Assembly (NCBI GenBank): GCA_040218735.1
Contig: JAVJQW010000060.1
Location: 1 to 64,000 of the forward strand
Direction: 5' to 3'
From: Deltaproteobacteria bacterium
Lineage (GTDB): Bacteria; Myxococcota; Kuafuiibacteriia; Kuafuiibacteriales; Kuafuiibacteriaceae
Length of the DNA: 64,000 nt
Positions 30,296 to 39,132 of the stretch are shown here, piece after piece. Numbering within the stretch: the stretch's first letter is position 1; each line of letters starts with the position of its first letter. Below the pieces are notes generated by a model. That model was not told the DNA's origin. It saw only the letters and a list, made by a program, of their open reading frames with translations, and did no database searches. Both the position numbers and the translations under genes were made by a program.

Positions 30296-32990
30296 GCACA
30301 TAAACTCGAAATGCTGCCCAGTCCGAAGCGCTGTCGGTCGCCAACGCCGACAACTGGGCCGCCCGCAAAGACTTGGAGAGTGCGAGATCGGGATCCTTGT
30401 AGAGATTCGACGTCACAAGTCTCGCATCGCCATCCTTGACCTCGCGCGTCGTGGCAATGACGGCATGACTACCCGCGAGCACGAACGCGCGGGCTGGACC
30501 GACCTCGTTCGTATGAGGCGGTGCAGTCGTGCAGCCCGAGAGTACGACGCGAGCCGGCACACTCGGCAGCGCCAGGATGTCGGCCACACCGAGGAGCGCA
30601 CGTCCGGCGAGCGGTAACGCCGCGCTGAACCCAACCTCCGCGTCATCCGTTCCGTGCCCAGCCCAGTGGAGCAGTGAAACACCGCGAATCGAACTTTCGA
30701 GGCGTCGGCGTGTTACGGACCGCCCCTCGAGGATCCGTGTTTCGACGCCCCCCGCTCGTAGTTCATCACCTACCGCGCGTGCTTCGTCGCGCGCGTGTGG
30801 GAGGTTGCCCGTCGGGTCCGCAACCACGAGCGCACGCCCGTTTGCCTTGTTCGTCGTAGGTACGGCGAACCCGCCCGAAGCGTAGATGATCTCGTAGGAC
30901 GCAACGAACGGTCGACCGTTCCAAGGAAGAGCGTGAAAGTCGATGTGTTGGGCAAGGTCTCGCGCCACAATTCTCACACGTGTCCGCCCGTCGAGTTGTC
31001 GAGTAAACGGTTGGAGCAGCAAGGTCGTGAGCACGGTCGGCGCCGCGAAAACATCGATCGCGCTCCGACGAACCCAACGTCTTGATTCCTCCGTCTCGGC
31101 CAGTACGATCCAGCCGTCACCGAGTCGATCAATCGTGAGCACGACCTCCCCGGGTGCGGGAGCGTGACGATCGACCCGACCGCTTCGACCCGGCCCCAAC
31201 ACTCGAAGCGCGGCTGTGAGCGAGGACCGAATCTCCTCCTGTAGTCGAGCGCGCGCCCGCGCCCGACTGCCTCGCGTGGTGTCAGCGTCCGACCAGGCAT
31301 CCGAGTCGAACCCGTCCAGCTGAGCTCGAAGTGCGTTGTAGGTCATCGCGGCCCGCTCCCATTCGCGTCGGTCCACGCCTCTCAGCGAGGCTATCCGAAA
31401 GCTCCGTTCGACGACTCGCTGCGATCGAAGCGCATGGCGATGGAGAACCTCGACGGCCCTCTCCCCGCCCCGAAGCTCCAATGCCAGACTCGCGTGCCGA
31501 CGCGCGGCACTATTCATCGCGTCAATGTTGAAGCGATGTCCCGGAATGGCGAACGGCACGTCCTTCGAGGCCTCGAGTATCGCCTCCGCGGCTTCGTAGG
31601 ACTCGAGGGCCCGACGCCGATCCTCGGACGCTTCGAAAGTGCTCGCGCGCCCGATGGACGCACTCCACCGCAGGGTGTCGGCCCCCACGCGTTCCCCGAG
31701 CGCCTCCAACCCCTCGTAGCCGGCCAAGGCCTCGCCGAACTTGCCTGCGCGCGTCGCAAGACGAGCAAGGACGATCAGCGACCAAGCATCGACTTCGGTC
31801 ACGCTGGGTGCCCCGTCCTGCTGCGCCCGCTCGACGTAGCTTCTCGCCCGGTCGTCGTCTCCCGAGTGAAGCGCATCGAGTGCGAGCGTAACTTCGACGT
31901 TCCGTGCGTTGATGAGGTTCGGGCAACCCACTTGATAGATCGCAAGGGCCCGTTCCCCATCGGTTCGAGCATCGAAGGACGGGTCGCGTCCGAACTCGTC
32001 CGCAAGCACCGCGACCCACGCTCGATTACCTAGAAAGCGAGCAACTGCGCACGACGCCTGGGAGAGAGGCATCTCCGTCGCCATGTGGCGATAGAGCGCA
32101 TTCGCCTGTTCATGAAGTCCGAGCGTCCCCAAGACGTCCGCTCGAATCTGCGCCGCCTGATGCGCGGCGACATCCTCGAGACGGCGGCCGAAGCTCTCGG
32201 AGCGTCGAGCGAGCTCGATCGCACCGCGCGCATCGCCGACCTCACGCGCGAGAACGGCCTCGTAGAGATCGATATAGGCAGGCTCCCCCCCGAGTGTGTG
32301 GGGAAGTCGTCGCTTCGCCTCCAGGATGGCGCGTCTCGCCGTATCGACGTCTCGTGTCACCACAGAGCCAATCCAGGCGATTGTCCCAAAGGCGTAGACC
32401 GGCCCCGAGATCAGCTCCGCGTACTCCCCAAACGTGGCACTGAGCCTGCGTTGACGGATCGCCTCCTCGAAGCTCGCCCCACTGAACGCGATCCTCGCAC
32501 GCATCGTCGCCACGTCGGCGAGCGTGCGCACGTCCGCGCCCTCCTCGTTCGCGTCGAGGATCGCCAACGCCGTCGTCGCCGACTTCGTGCGCAGCGCGTC
32601 CGCCTTCACGAGCCAGGGCGGGCGCTTCCACACCACGACCGGGAGCGCGTACTTGTCGCGGCCCCTCCGCGTCGCGACCACGTCGATCGACTTGGTGGCC
32701 GTCGTGACCTCGAAGGTCGTGCGCCAGCCGCCATCGACCTCCGTCCACTCGACCTCCGTGCCTTCGACCGTCAGCTTCGACTCGGGTGCCGCTTGGACCC
32801 AGAGCACCACCTTCGTGTCGTTCTCGATCTCACAGATCGGTCCGCGTCGGATCTGTTCGCAGCCCGCGATGCGGACGTCTTCGATCAGCGATTCCGGGTC
32901 GGGTTCGCGCGTTCGTTCTCGGCACGCGACGAGCGCGAACGAAATTCCCAAGATGAGCTCAAGGCGCCGCACCGAGCGGCTGGATCTCAA
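30291..32990 (-). CDS. CHAT-domain (caspase-like) protease lipoprotein with helical/TPR-like region
   Basis: LVAC lipobox; VVADPTGNLPHARDEA, HWAGHG (His), VLSGC (Cys), AFVLAG, DWAAF. Confidence 0.88.
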   Translation of the reverse strand: MRSSRSVRRLELILGISFALVACRERTREPDPESLIEDVRIAGCEQIRRGPICEIENDTKVVLWVQAAPESKLTVEGTEVEWTEVDGGWRTTFEVTTATKSIDVVATRRGRDKYALPVVVWKRPPWLVKADALRTKSATTALAILDANEEGADVRTLADVATMRARIAFSGASFEEAIRQRRLSATFGEYAELISGPVYAFGTIAWIGSVVTRDVDTARRAILEAKRRLPHTLGGEPAYIDLYEAVLAREVGDARGAIELARRSESFGRRLEDVAAHQAAQIRADVLGTLGLHEQANALYRHMATEMPLSQASCAVARFLGNRAWVAVLADEFGRDPSFDARTDGERALAIYQVGCPNLINARNVEVTLALDALHSGDDDRARSYVERAQQDGAPSVTEVDAWSLIVLARLATRAGKFGEALAGYEGLEALGERVGADTLRWSASIGRASTFEASEDRRRALESYEAAEAILEASKDVPFAIPGHRFNIDAMNSAARRHASLALELRGGERAVEVLHRHALRSQRVVERSFRIASLRGVDRREWERAAMTYNALRAQLDGFDSDAWSDADTTRGSRARARARLQEEIRSSLTAALRVLGPGRSGRVDRHAPAPGEVVLTIDRLGDGWIVLAETEESRRWVRRSAIDVFAAPTVLTTLLLQPFTRQLDGRTRVRIVARDLAQHIDFHALPWNGRPFVASYEIIYASGGFAVPTTNKANGRALVVADPTGNLPHARDEARAVGDELRAGGVETRILEGRSVTRRRLESSIRGVSLLHWAGHGTDDAEVGFSAALPLAGRALLGVADILALPSVPARVVLSGCTTAPPHTNEVGPARAFVLAGSHAVIATTREVKDGDARLVTSNLYKDPDLALSKSLRAAQLSALATDSASDWAAFRVYVP

Positions 32991-33690
32991 CCGAAAGCTC
33001 GAATGATTGCCACCCGTTGCCGGTCGTCACGCCGCCTCGTTCGTCGGGTTCCGGAAATGCATTCGCGCGCCCCACGAACGCAACGAATTTCACCGGTCCT
33101 GTCTGTCCTGCGCTCAACTCCCGAGCGACGCCCAGCCACCGCACCGCGCCGTTCACCGAGACCTCGGGCGCCACCGGCGACCGTACCGCGCGGTCGGCGG
33201 TCACGACCCACAGCGCACCGTCGATCTTCCCCGAAGCGATCCGCGCCGGCTGCGAGACGATCGACATCTCGGAATCCTCGCGCAGCGTGCGTGACTTCGG
33301 CTTCGCCTCGCTACGCCAGATCGCATCACCCGCCTCCGCCTTGAACGTGTACTGCGGTATCGCCTCGACCCCCGCCGTCGAGAACAACAGCACCGCGGCC
33401 GCCGCCGCGAGGACGACGCCCACGCCCGCACCGACCCACGGCAGCCGCCGAACCTTGGCGCTCGAGGTTCGTGCCGTCGTCGTCAACTTGGCTTGCACGT
33501 CGGCGCCGAGCGGCCGGAACAGCGACACCGCCTCCGCGAGCTTCTCGTCCTGTTCTGCATCGCGGAGCAACGCCGACATCTCGTCGTCCGAGAGCTCCCC
33601 CAGCGCGAGGCGCTCCAGACGCGGATCGATCTGTTGCTCCTGCTCTGTCATGAGCTCACCTAGCTGATATGCAACATCGTCGTCAGACAT
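32959..33690 (-). CDS. Membrane-anchored anti-sigma-factor-like protein
   Basis: Acidic helical N-terminus (LERLALGELS), one TM (GVGVVLAAAAAVLLF), C-terminal beta-rich domain; overlaps both the sigma and CHAT genes. Confidence 0.7.
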   Translation of the reverse strand: MSDDDVAYQLGELMTEQEQQIDPRLERLALGELSDDEMSALLRDAEQDEKLAEAVSLFRPLGADVQAKLTTTARTSSAKVRRLPWVGAGVGVVLAAAAAVLLFSTAGVEAIPQYTFKAEAGDAIWRSEAKPKSRTLREDSEMSIVSQPARIASGKIDGALWVVTADRAVRSPVAPEVSVNGAVRWLGVARELSAGQTGPVKFVAFVGRANAFPEPDERGGVTTGNGWQSFELSVEIQPLGAAP

Positions 33691-34342
33691 GACGACCCTC
33701 GTCCGACTCGATTTCGTTTCGTAGCTCGCGCAACATCTTCGTGAGTCGGCTGCGCCACGCGTAGAGCGCCTGCTTCGTCGTCCCCGTGGAGTCTGCCGCG
33801 TCCTGCACCGACATGTTCTCTACGTACAGCAGCGAAAAATACTGCCGCCCGCGGGGACTCAAACGTTCGCGCAGACGCTCCGACAACCGATCGAGCAGAT
33901 CGCGCGACTCGATACGCTCCATTACGCCTTCGTCCTGCCCGGACAGGTACACCAGCCGATCGTCCATCGTCGGATCCTCGGTCCACGGATTCCGCTTCCC
34001 GGTTCGCATCAGCATGCCGACCTCGCGCTCCGCGAGGAAGCCCACGAACCCCGCGAACGAGAGCCCACGCGACGGATCCCACTGACGGAGCGCGCGCCCC
34101 TCGCGCGCGAACAACGCTGCGAAGACCTCCTGCACGAGGTCCTCGAGATCCGTACGCAGGTCACGCCCCCGCGACTGCTGCTTGCGCCTCAACATCGCGC
34201 GCGCCGCACGGGTGTGCACCACGGGCGCGAGCGCTGCCACCAGCGCGTCCATCCGCTCCGCGTCTCCCTTCAGCGCGCGGTCGACCCACTCTTGGATCTC
34301 ATCGGCGCTCCTCTCATCGAGTCCGGCCATCGCTTTGGTCAC
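33683..34342 (-). CDS. ECF RNA polymerase sigma factor
   Basis: Region 2 DLEDLVQEVFAALF..WDPSRG; region 4 LSPRGRQYFSLLYVENMSVQDAA..ALYAWRSRL; GAGG upstream of GTG 34342. Confidence 0.88.
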   Translation of the reverse strand: MTKAMAGLDERSADEIQEWVDRALKGDAERMDALVAALAPVVHTRAARAMLRRKQQSRGRDLRTDLEDLVQEVFAALFAREGRALRQWDPSRGLSFAGFVGFLAEREVGMLMRTGKRNPWTEDPTMDDRLVYLSGQDEGVMERIESRDLLDRLSERLRERLSPRGRQYFSLLYVENMSVQDAADSTGTTKQALYAWRSRLTKMLRELRNEIESDEGRHV

Positions 34343-34472
34343 TCGTCGACCTCGTTTTCTGCGGCGCGTGTTCGTCCAGACGCTCGTGGCGAGGCAGGCG
34401 GACGCTAGAGCCTCCGCGGGATCGTCGCAACACGAGCAGGTGTCCCAACCTCTCGACACCTCGCCTAGTCGC

Positions 34473-34499
34473 TATGCAACCGCACCTCAAAACCTCACG
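34473..34499 (-). promoter_or_regulatory. Putative autoregulatory ECF promoter CGTGAG-N16-GCATA
   Basis: Minus strand CGTGAGgttttgaggtgcggttGCATA upstream of the sigma gene. Confidence 0.7.
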
Positions 34500-34531
34500 C
34501 GATCCGCCGCTGGTTCTTCTTCGCGGCCCAT

Positions 34532-34558
34532 CGTGAGATCCGCCGCGCCCTCGGCATA
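34532..34558 (+). promoter_or_regulatory. Putative ECF promoter CGTGAG-N16-GCATA for the tyrosinase-like operon
   Basis: CGTGAGatccgccgcgccctcgGCATA, 45 nt before ATG 34604. Confidence 0.7.
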
Positions 34559-34603
34559 TCCCTCCGCGAGCGAACGAAAACCCAACGCTCGAAAGGAACG
34601 CAC

Positions 34604-35854
34604 ATGCTGAGAACTTCAATCGCGACCGCCGTCGCCTTGGGGACGTTCGTCCTCGCCGCGCCGGCCTTCGCCGTGGGCCCCAACCCCGCGTGCAGCTGGT
34701 ACGGCTCGATGTCGACCCAGGAGTACGTCTTCTACAACCAGACCGGAATCACCGGCTTCGAGCGCGGCTTCCTCATCCACTCCGGCGACTACGACACCGC
34801 CAACAGCCGCATCGACTACACGATCGAATACCTCTCCGACCCGATGGACTGCTCCGGTGAGCTCTTCATCCTCCGCTTCCCGCTGCACGGCCTCGCCGAC
34901 CACGTCGAGATCGAGGTGTACGAAGCGGCCGGTCCCCTCCTCGGCGGCCTCGTCGCCGACAAGGGCACGCTCCCTACGATTTACGACCACACGAACACCC
35001 CGCTCTCCCCTGGCGTGCTCGGCCCGTTCGTGATCACCAACCCGATGATGAACCAGGTCTCGCGCATCCTCCTCTTTCCGCTCCTCGACGCGCGCACCCT
35101 CGCCGCCGTCCCCGAGCCCCTCACCTACAACGGCGCCGCGCCCGCGAACTGGGTTCAGGAGCTCTTCATGGGCATGGCCTACCAGTTCGCGGTCGGCCAG
35201 CGCTCCGAGCTCTACTCGCTCTTCACCTTCCGCCGAATGCTCGTCGGCATGAACGCGGCCGCGCGGCAGCGCGCGTCGGATGCGATCGACGCCCACGTCT
35301 ACGACGTCGGTGAGTTCGCCGCGACCGTCTGGGAAGACCACCCGTTCGTGAACCACGGCGTCGCGGTGACGCCGTACGTCGCCGGCGTCACCTGGGGCGG
35401 CTTCTTGAACGGCCACAAGAAGTACCTCGAAGCCATGGAGGACCACCTCTTCACGCTCCCCGACGCCGAACGCACCCCGTTCCGCCGCACCCCCGCTTGG
35501 AACTCGGACCAGACCGTCCCCGCCGAGTTCAACATCGGCATCAACAACACCACGTCCGTCCAGGTGATGCCCGGGTCGTACGACCCGTCGGTGATCTGCT
35601 CCAACTACGACCCCACGACCTACGCGGGCGCGACGTACTACGACCAACTCATCGCGGCCGAGATCGACATCGACGCCGACATCGAGCCCTGGCACGGCAA
35701 CACCCACGTCGACCTCGGCGGCGACATGGGCAGCGTCGCCACCGCCGGACGCGCGCCGATCTTCTTCCCCTGGCACACCACCATCGACGCCCCCTGGACC
35801 AACTGGCGCCTCTGCTGGCCGGCCTGGGATCCCGACGACTACGACTGGTTCTAA
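34604..35854 (+). CDS. Secreted protein with C-terminal tyrosinase-like (type-3 copper) domain
   Basis: Signal peptide (AFA); CuA-like EDH..NHG..FLNGHKKYL; CuB EPWHGNTH..GGDM..PIFFPWHTTID; AAAGGAA RBS. Confidence 0.75.
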   Translation: MLRTSIATAVALGTFVLAAPAFAVGPNPACSWYGSMSTQEYVFYNQTGITGFERGFLIHSGDYDTANSRIDYTIEYLSDPMDCSGELFILRFPLHGLADHVEIEVYEAAGPLLGGLVADKGTLPTIYDHTNTPLSPGVLGPFVITNPMMNQVSRILLFPLLDARTLAAVPEPLTYNGAAPANWVQELFMGMAYQFAVGQRSELYSLFTFRRMLVGMNAAARQRASDAIDAHVYDVGEFAATVWEDHPFVNHGVAVTPYVAGVTWGGFLNGHKKYLEAMEDHLFTLPDAERTPFRRTPAWNSDQTVPAEFNIGINNTTSVQVMPGSYDPSVICSNYDPTTYAGATYYDQLIAAEIDIDADIEPWHGNTHVDLGGDMGSVATAGRAPIFFPWHTTIDAPWTNWRLCWPAWDPDDYDWF

Positions 35855-35869
35855 ACGGAGGACCCCACG

Positions 35870-37354
35870 ATGAAGACCACAGCACTCACCGCCGCGTTCA
35901 CGCTGCTCGCAAGCAGCGCGTACGCCCAGAACGTCCTCGTGATCATCGGCGACGACATCGCCGTCGACAAAGTCAGCTCGTACGCGGGTGACTACCCGGG
36001 CTACGCGCCCGCGTACCTCCCGCAGACGGACGCGATCGACGGCCTCGCCGCCGCCGGACTCCGCTTCACCCGCGCGTGGGCGACGCCGCTGTGCTCGCCG
36101 ACGCGTGTCTCGTTTCAAACGGGCAAACACCCGTTCCGCACGGGCATCGGCACCGCGCTCGGCGCCAGCGCCGCTGGCGTCGACCCGGACGCGCACCTCA
36201 TGCTCGCCGAGTCCTTCCAGAACTTCGGCTACGTCACCGGCATGTTCGGCAAGTGGCACATGGGCACGGAGGACGCCGCCGGCGTCACCGGCTACCCGGC
36301 GACGAGCCCGTTCTTCGTCGAACCGCACCCACACCGCTCGGGGTGGATGCGCTTCTTCGGGCTCTACAGCGGCTACCCCGGCTTCGGGCGCAGCTTCACC
36401 GACTGGCCGCGCGTCGGCTGGGTGGACGCCACGTCGACGGGCTACGCCGCCGACGAGACCGCGCACCACACGAACCGCACCTCGGCCGTCGCCGTGAACT
36501 GGATCTCGAACCAGACCGAGCCGTGGATGGCGGTCGTCGCGTTCAGCGCGCCGCACTCGCCCGACACCGGCTCGTCGGCCTGGCAGTACGGCGACGCCGA
36601 CGTCACGCGCTACCGCACGCCGGCCCTGTCGTGCCTCGCGACGAGCTCGTGTGGCAACGAGCCGCTCTCGGTCTACCAGGGGCTCGCGGAACACGTGGAC
36701 CTGGAGATCGAAGACCTCCTCAACGGCATCCCTGACGCGATGATGGACGAGACGCTCATCATCTTCTTCGGGGACAACGGCACGCCGGTCGCGGTGCAGG
36801 AGAGCACCTTCGCGGTCGGCCGCGGCAAGGGCACCACGTACGAAAACGGCGTGCGCGTCCCGTTCATCGTCACCGACGGCGCCACGTGGCGCACCAACGC
36901 GCCGGGCCGCATCACGAGCCCCGGTCGTGACGTCGACATCGCGCTGAGCTCCACGGACATCTACCAGACGCTGCACATGGAGCTGTTGAGCGTCGGCGTC
37001 CTCGGCGTCGACTCGAGCTCGTTTGCGACGTGTTTCAGCAACACGGGCCAGTACTGCAGCATCGCGGACAAGCGCTACGGCTACTCCGAGACCTACGTCG
37101 CGGGCGCCTCACTCAGCAGCGCGCGCGTCGGGGTACGCTACGGCCACGACAAGATGGTCGCCGAGTACGACCCGGCCGGAGGCTGCATGGCCGCCGAGTA
37201 CTACGAGACGAGCGGCGATCCGATGGAGCTGTCGCCCACCGGATGGACCGGCATCCGCGCGACGCGGTTGCAGGATCACTTCACGGCGCTGCACGCCTCG
37301 GAGCCCAGCTCCTGGGCGAACCTCACCGGCTCGACGATCGGCTTCTGCCCGTGA
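35870..37354 (+). CDS. Secreted sulfatase-like hydrolase
   Basis: NVLVIIGDD, CSPTR, FGKWH, APH, GDNG, GKG..YE.GVRVP. Confidence 0.9.
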   Translation: MKTTALTAAFTLLASSAYAQNVLVIIGDDIAVDKVSSYAGDYPGYAPAYLPQTDAIDGLAAAGLRFTRAWATPLCSPTRVSFQTGKHPFRTGIGTALGASAAGVDPDAHLMLAESFQNFGYVTGMFGKWHMGTEDAAGVTGYPATSPFFVEPHPHRSGWMRFFGLYSGYPGFGRSFTDWPRVGWVDATSTGYAADETAHHTNRTSAVAVNWISNQTEPWMAVVAFSAPHSPDTGSSAWQYGDADVTRYRTPALSCLATSSCGNEPLSVYQGLAEHVDLEIEDLLNGIPDAMMDETLIIFFGDNGTPVAVQESTFAVGRGKGTTYENGVRVPFIVTDGATWRTNAPGRITSPGRDVDIALSSTDIYQTLHMELLSVGVLGVDSSSFATCFSNTGQYCSIADKRYGYSETYVAGASLSSARVGVRYGHDKMVAEYDPAGGCMAAEYYETSGDPMELSPTGWTGIRATRLQDHFTALHASEPSSWANLTGSTIGFCP

Positions 37355-39072
37355 GACGAGGGCTCATCGCAGGGTCGTTCGTCGGCCTCGTGATCGCCGG
37401 CGCGTTCCTCCTCCGTCCTTCGACGGAGGGGGCGCGCCCGGCGCCCGCCGCGTTCGTCGACGAGGCGCGCTGCGCCGGCTGTCACGCCGAAGAAGCGGAG
37501 CGTTGGCGTGGCTCTCCGCACGATCGCGCGATGGAGCTGCCCTCCCCTTCGACGGTGCGTGGTGACTTCGACGACGCGGTCTTCGAGGACACTCGCCTGT
37601 TGCGCGAGGGCGACGACTACTTCGTCGAGGTCGCGGGACGACGCCACCGCGTCGTCTACACGTTCGGCGCCGCGCCGCTGCAACAGTACTTGCTCGAAGC
37701 CGACGGCGGTCGGCTGCAGGCCTCCGCGGTCGCCTGGGACGTCGACGCCGGGAAGTGGTTCCGCGTCCAGGATCCGGCCGTGCACTACCTCGGCCGCTAC
37801 CAGACCTGGAACACGATGTGCGCCGACTGCCACTCGACCGGCGTCGACAAACGCTACGACGCCGAGACCGATCACTTCGACACGCGCTTCGCGCAGATCG
37901 ACGTCGGCTGTCAGAGCTGCCACGGCCCGGGCTCGCAACACGCCGATGACCCCGACGTCGCGCTCGCCGTTCGCAACGAGGTCGAAGCCTGCGCACCGTG
38001 CCACGCGCGACGCGCGCCGCTCACGGAGCGCGCGGATCCGCTGGAGCCGTTCACCGACCACTACCGACCGATGACGCTCCAGCCGGGGCTGTACTTCGCG
38101 GACGGACAGATCCGGGACGAGGTGTTCACGTACGGCTCCTTCGCGCAGAGCGCGATGCACGCGGCCGGCGTGACGTGCACCGACTGCCACGACCCCCACG
38201 GCGCGACGAAGCTCGCGAGCAACAGAACTTGCCTGACCTGTCACGGCGCGACGCCGCCGGATCGATTCGCGTCCCTGGCGAAGCGCAAACGCAACCTCGA
38301 CACCCCCGCTCACCACCACCACGCCGAGGGGAGCGCCGGCGCGCAGTGCACCGCGTGCCACATGCCGACGCGCACCTATATGGGCGTGGACGAGCGACAC
38401 GATCACCGCTTCGCGATCCCGCGGCCGGATCTGTCTGCGAAGCTCGGCACCCCCGACGTCTGCACCGACGCGTGCCACACCGACCGCGACGCGACGTGGT
38501 CCGCCGAGATCGTCCGTGGCTGGGGCGCCGAACGCCGGCCACACTTCGGCGAGCTTTTCGCGCGCGCCCAGGCCGGCAACCGCGACGTCCCGGCGCTCAC
38601 GCGCCTCGCGAAGAGCGACGCACCCGCGATCGTCCGCGCGACGGCGCTGGAGTGGCTCGCGATGCCGCCCGTTGCGTGCGACACCTCGCTGGTCCGCGAC
38701 CCGGACCCCTTGGTCCGCAGCGTCGCGGTGACGTGCGCGGAGGCGTTGTCGCCCACCGCGCGCGTGAAGGCGATCGGCGGCCAGCTCGAGGACGCGAGCC
38801 GACTCGTGCGCGTCGAGACCGCGCGTGTCCTCGCGCCGGTCGCGACAGCGCTCCGCGGCCCCCAGCGCGAGGCATACACACGCGCGCGGGAGGAGCTCAC
38901 CCGGATGTACACGAGCCAAACCGATCGCCCCGAGGGCCACTTCAACCTCGGCCTCCTCGCCGAGGCGGAGGGGGATCGCGATGAAGCCGCGCGTCGCTAC
39001 AAACGCGCGCTCGAGCAGGACCCGCTCTTCCGCCCGGCGCGCGTGAACCTGTATCTGATGCAGCAACGCTGA
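37351..39072 (+). CDS. Multiheme c-type cytochrome with HEAT/TPR C-terminus
   Basis: Seven CxxCH plus one CxxxCH; GTGA overlap with the sulfatase stop. Confidence 0.88.
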   Translation: MRRGLIAGSFVGLVIAGAFLLRPSTEGARPAPAAFVDEARCAGCHAEEAERWRGSPHDRAMELPSPSTVRGDFDDAVFEDTRLLREGDDYFVEVAGRRHRVVYTFGAAPLQQYLLEADGGRLQASAVAWDVDAGKWFRVQDPAVHYLGRYQTWNTMCADCHSTGVDKRYDAETDHFDTRFAQIDVGCQSCHGPGSQHADDPDVALAVRNEVEACAPCHARRAPLTERADPLEPFTDHYRPMTLQPGLYFADGQIRDEVFTYGSFAQSAMHAAGVTCTDCHDPHGATKLASNRTCLTCHGATPPDRFASLAKRKRNLDTPAHHHHAEGSAGAQCTACHMPTRTYMGVDERHDHRFAIPRPDLSAKLGTPDVCTDACHTDRDATWSAEIVRGWGAERRPHFGELFARAQAGNRDVPALTRLAKSDAPAIVRATALEWLAMPPVACDTSLVRDPDPLVRSVAVTCAEALSPTARVKAIGGQLEDASRLVRVETARVLAPVATALRGPQREAYTRAREELTRMYTSQTDRPEGHFNLGLLAEAEGDRDEAARRYKRALEQDPLFRPARVNLYLMQQR

Positions 39073-39132
39073 GCGCCATCGCCCGCCGCGGCGAACGACA
39101 CACGCCGGTCTTCGTCGTCCAGGCGGCTTTTG

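Noticed and set aside
30291-34342. Type III-E CRISPR (Craspase) interpretation of the CHAT + sigma genes
   Set aside because: No Cas7-11, array or other cas gene in the window, and the CHAT protein has a lipoprotein signal.
34551-34567. Possible sigma54 promoter CGGCAT...CCGC before the tyrosinase-like gene
   Set aside because: GG-to-GC spacing is off by one; the ECF-type motif explains the site better.
34616-36976. Long antisense ORFs (also 53554-56997, 43029-45530, 13031-15916, 60404-63277, 1824-3443)
   Set aside because: Shadow frames of GC3-biased real genes on the opposite strand; no motifs of their own.
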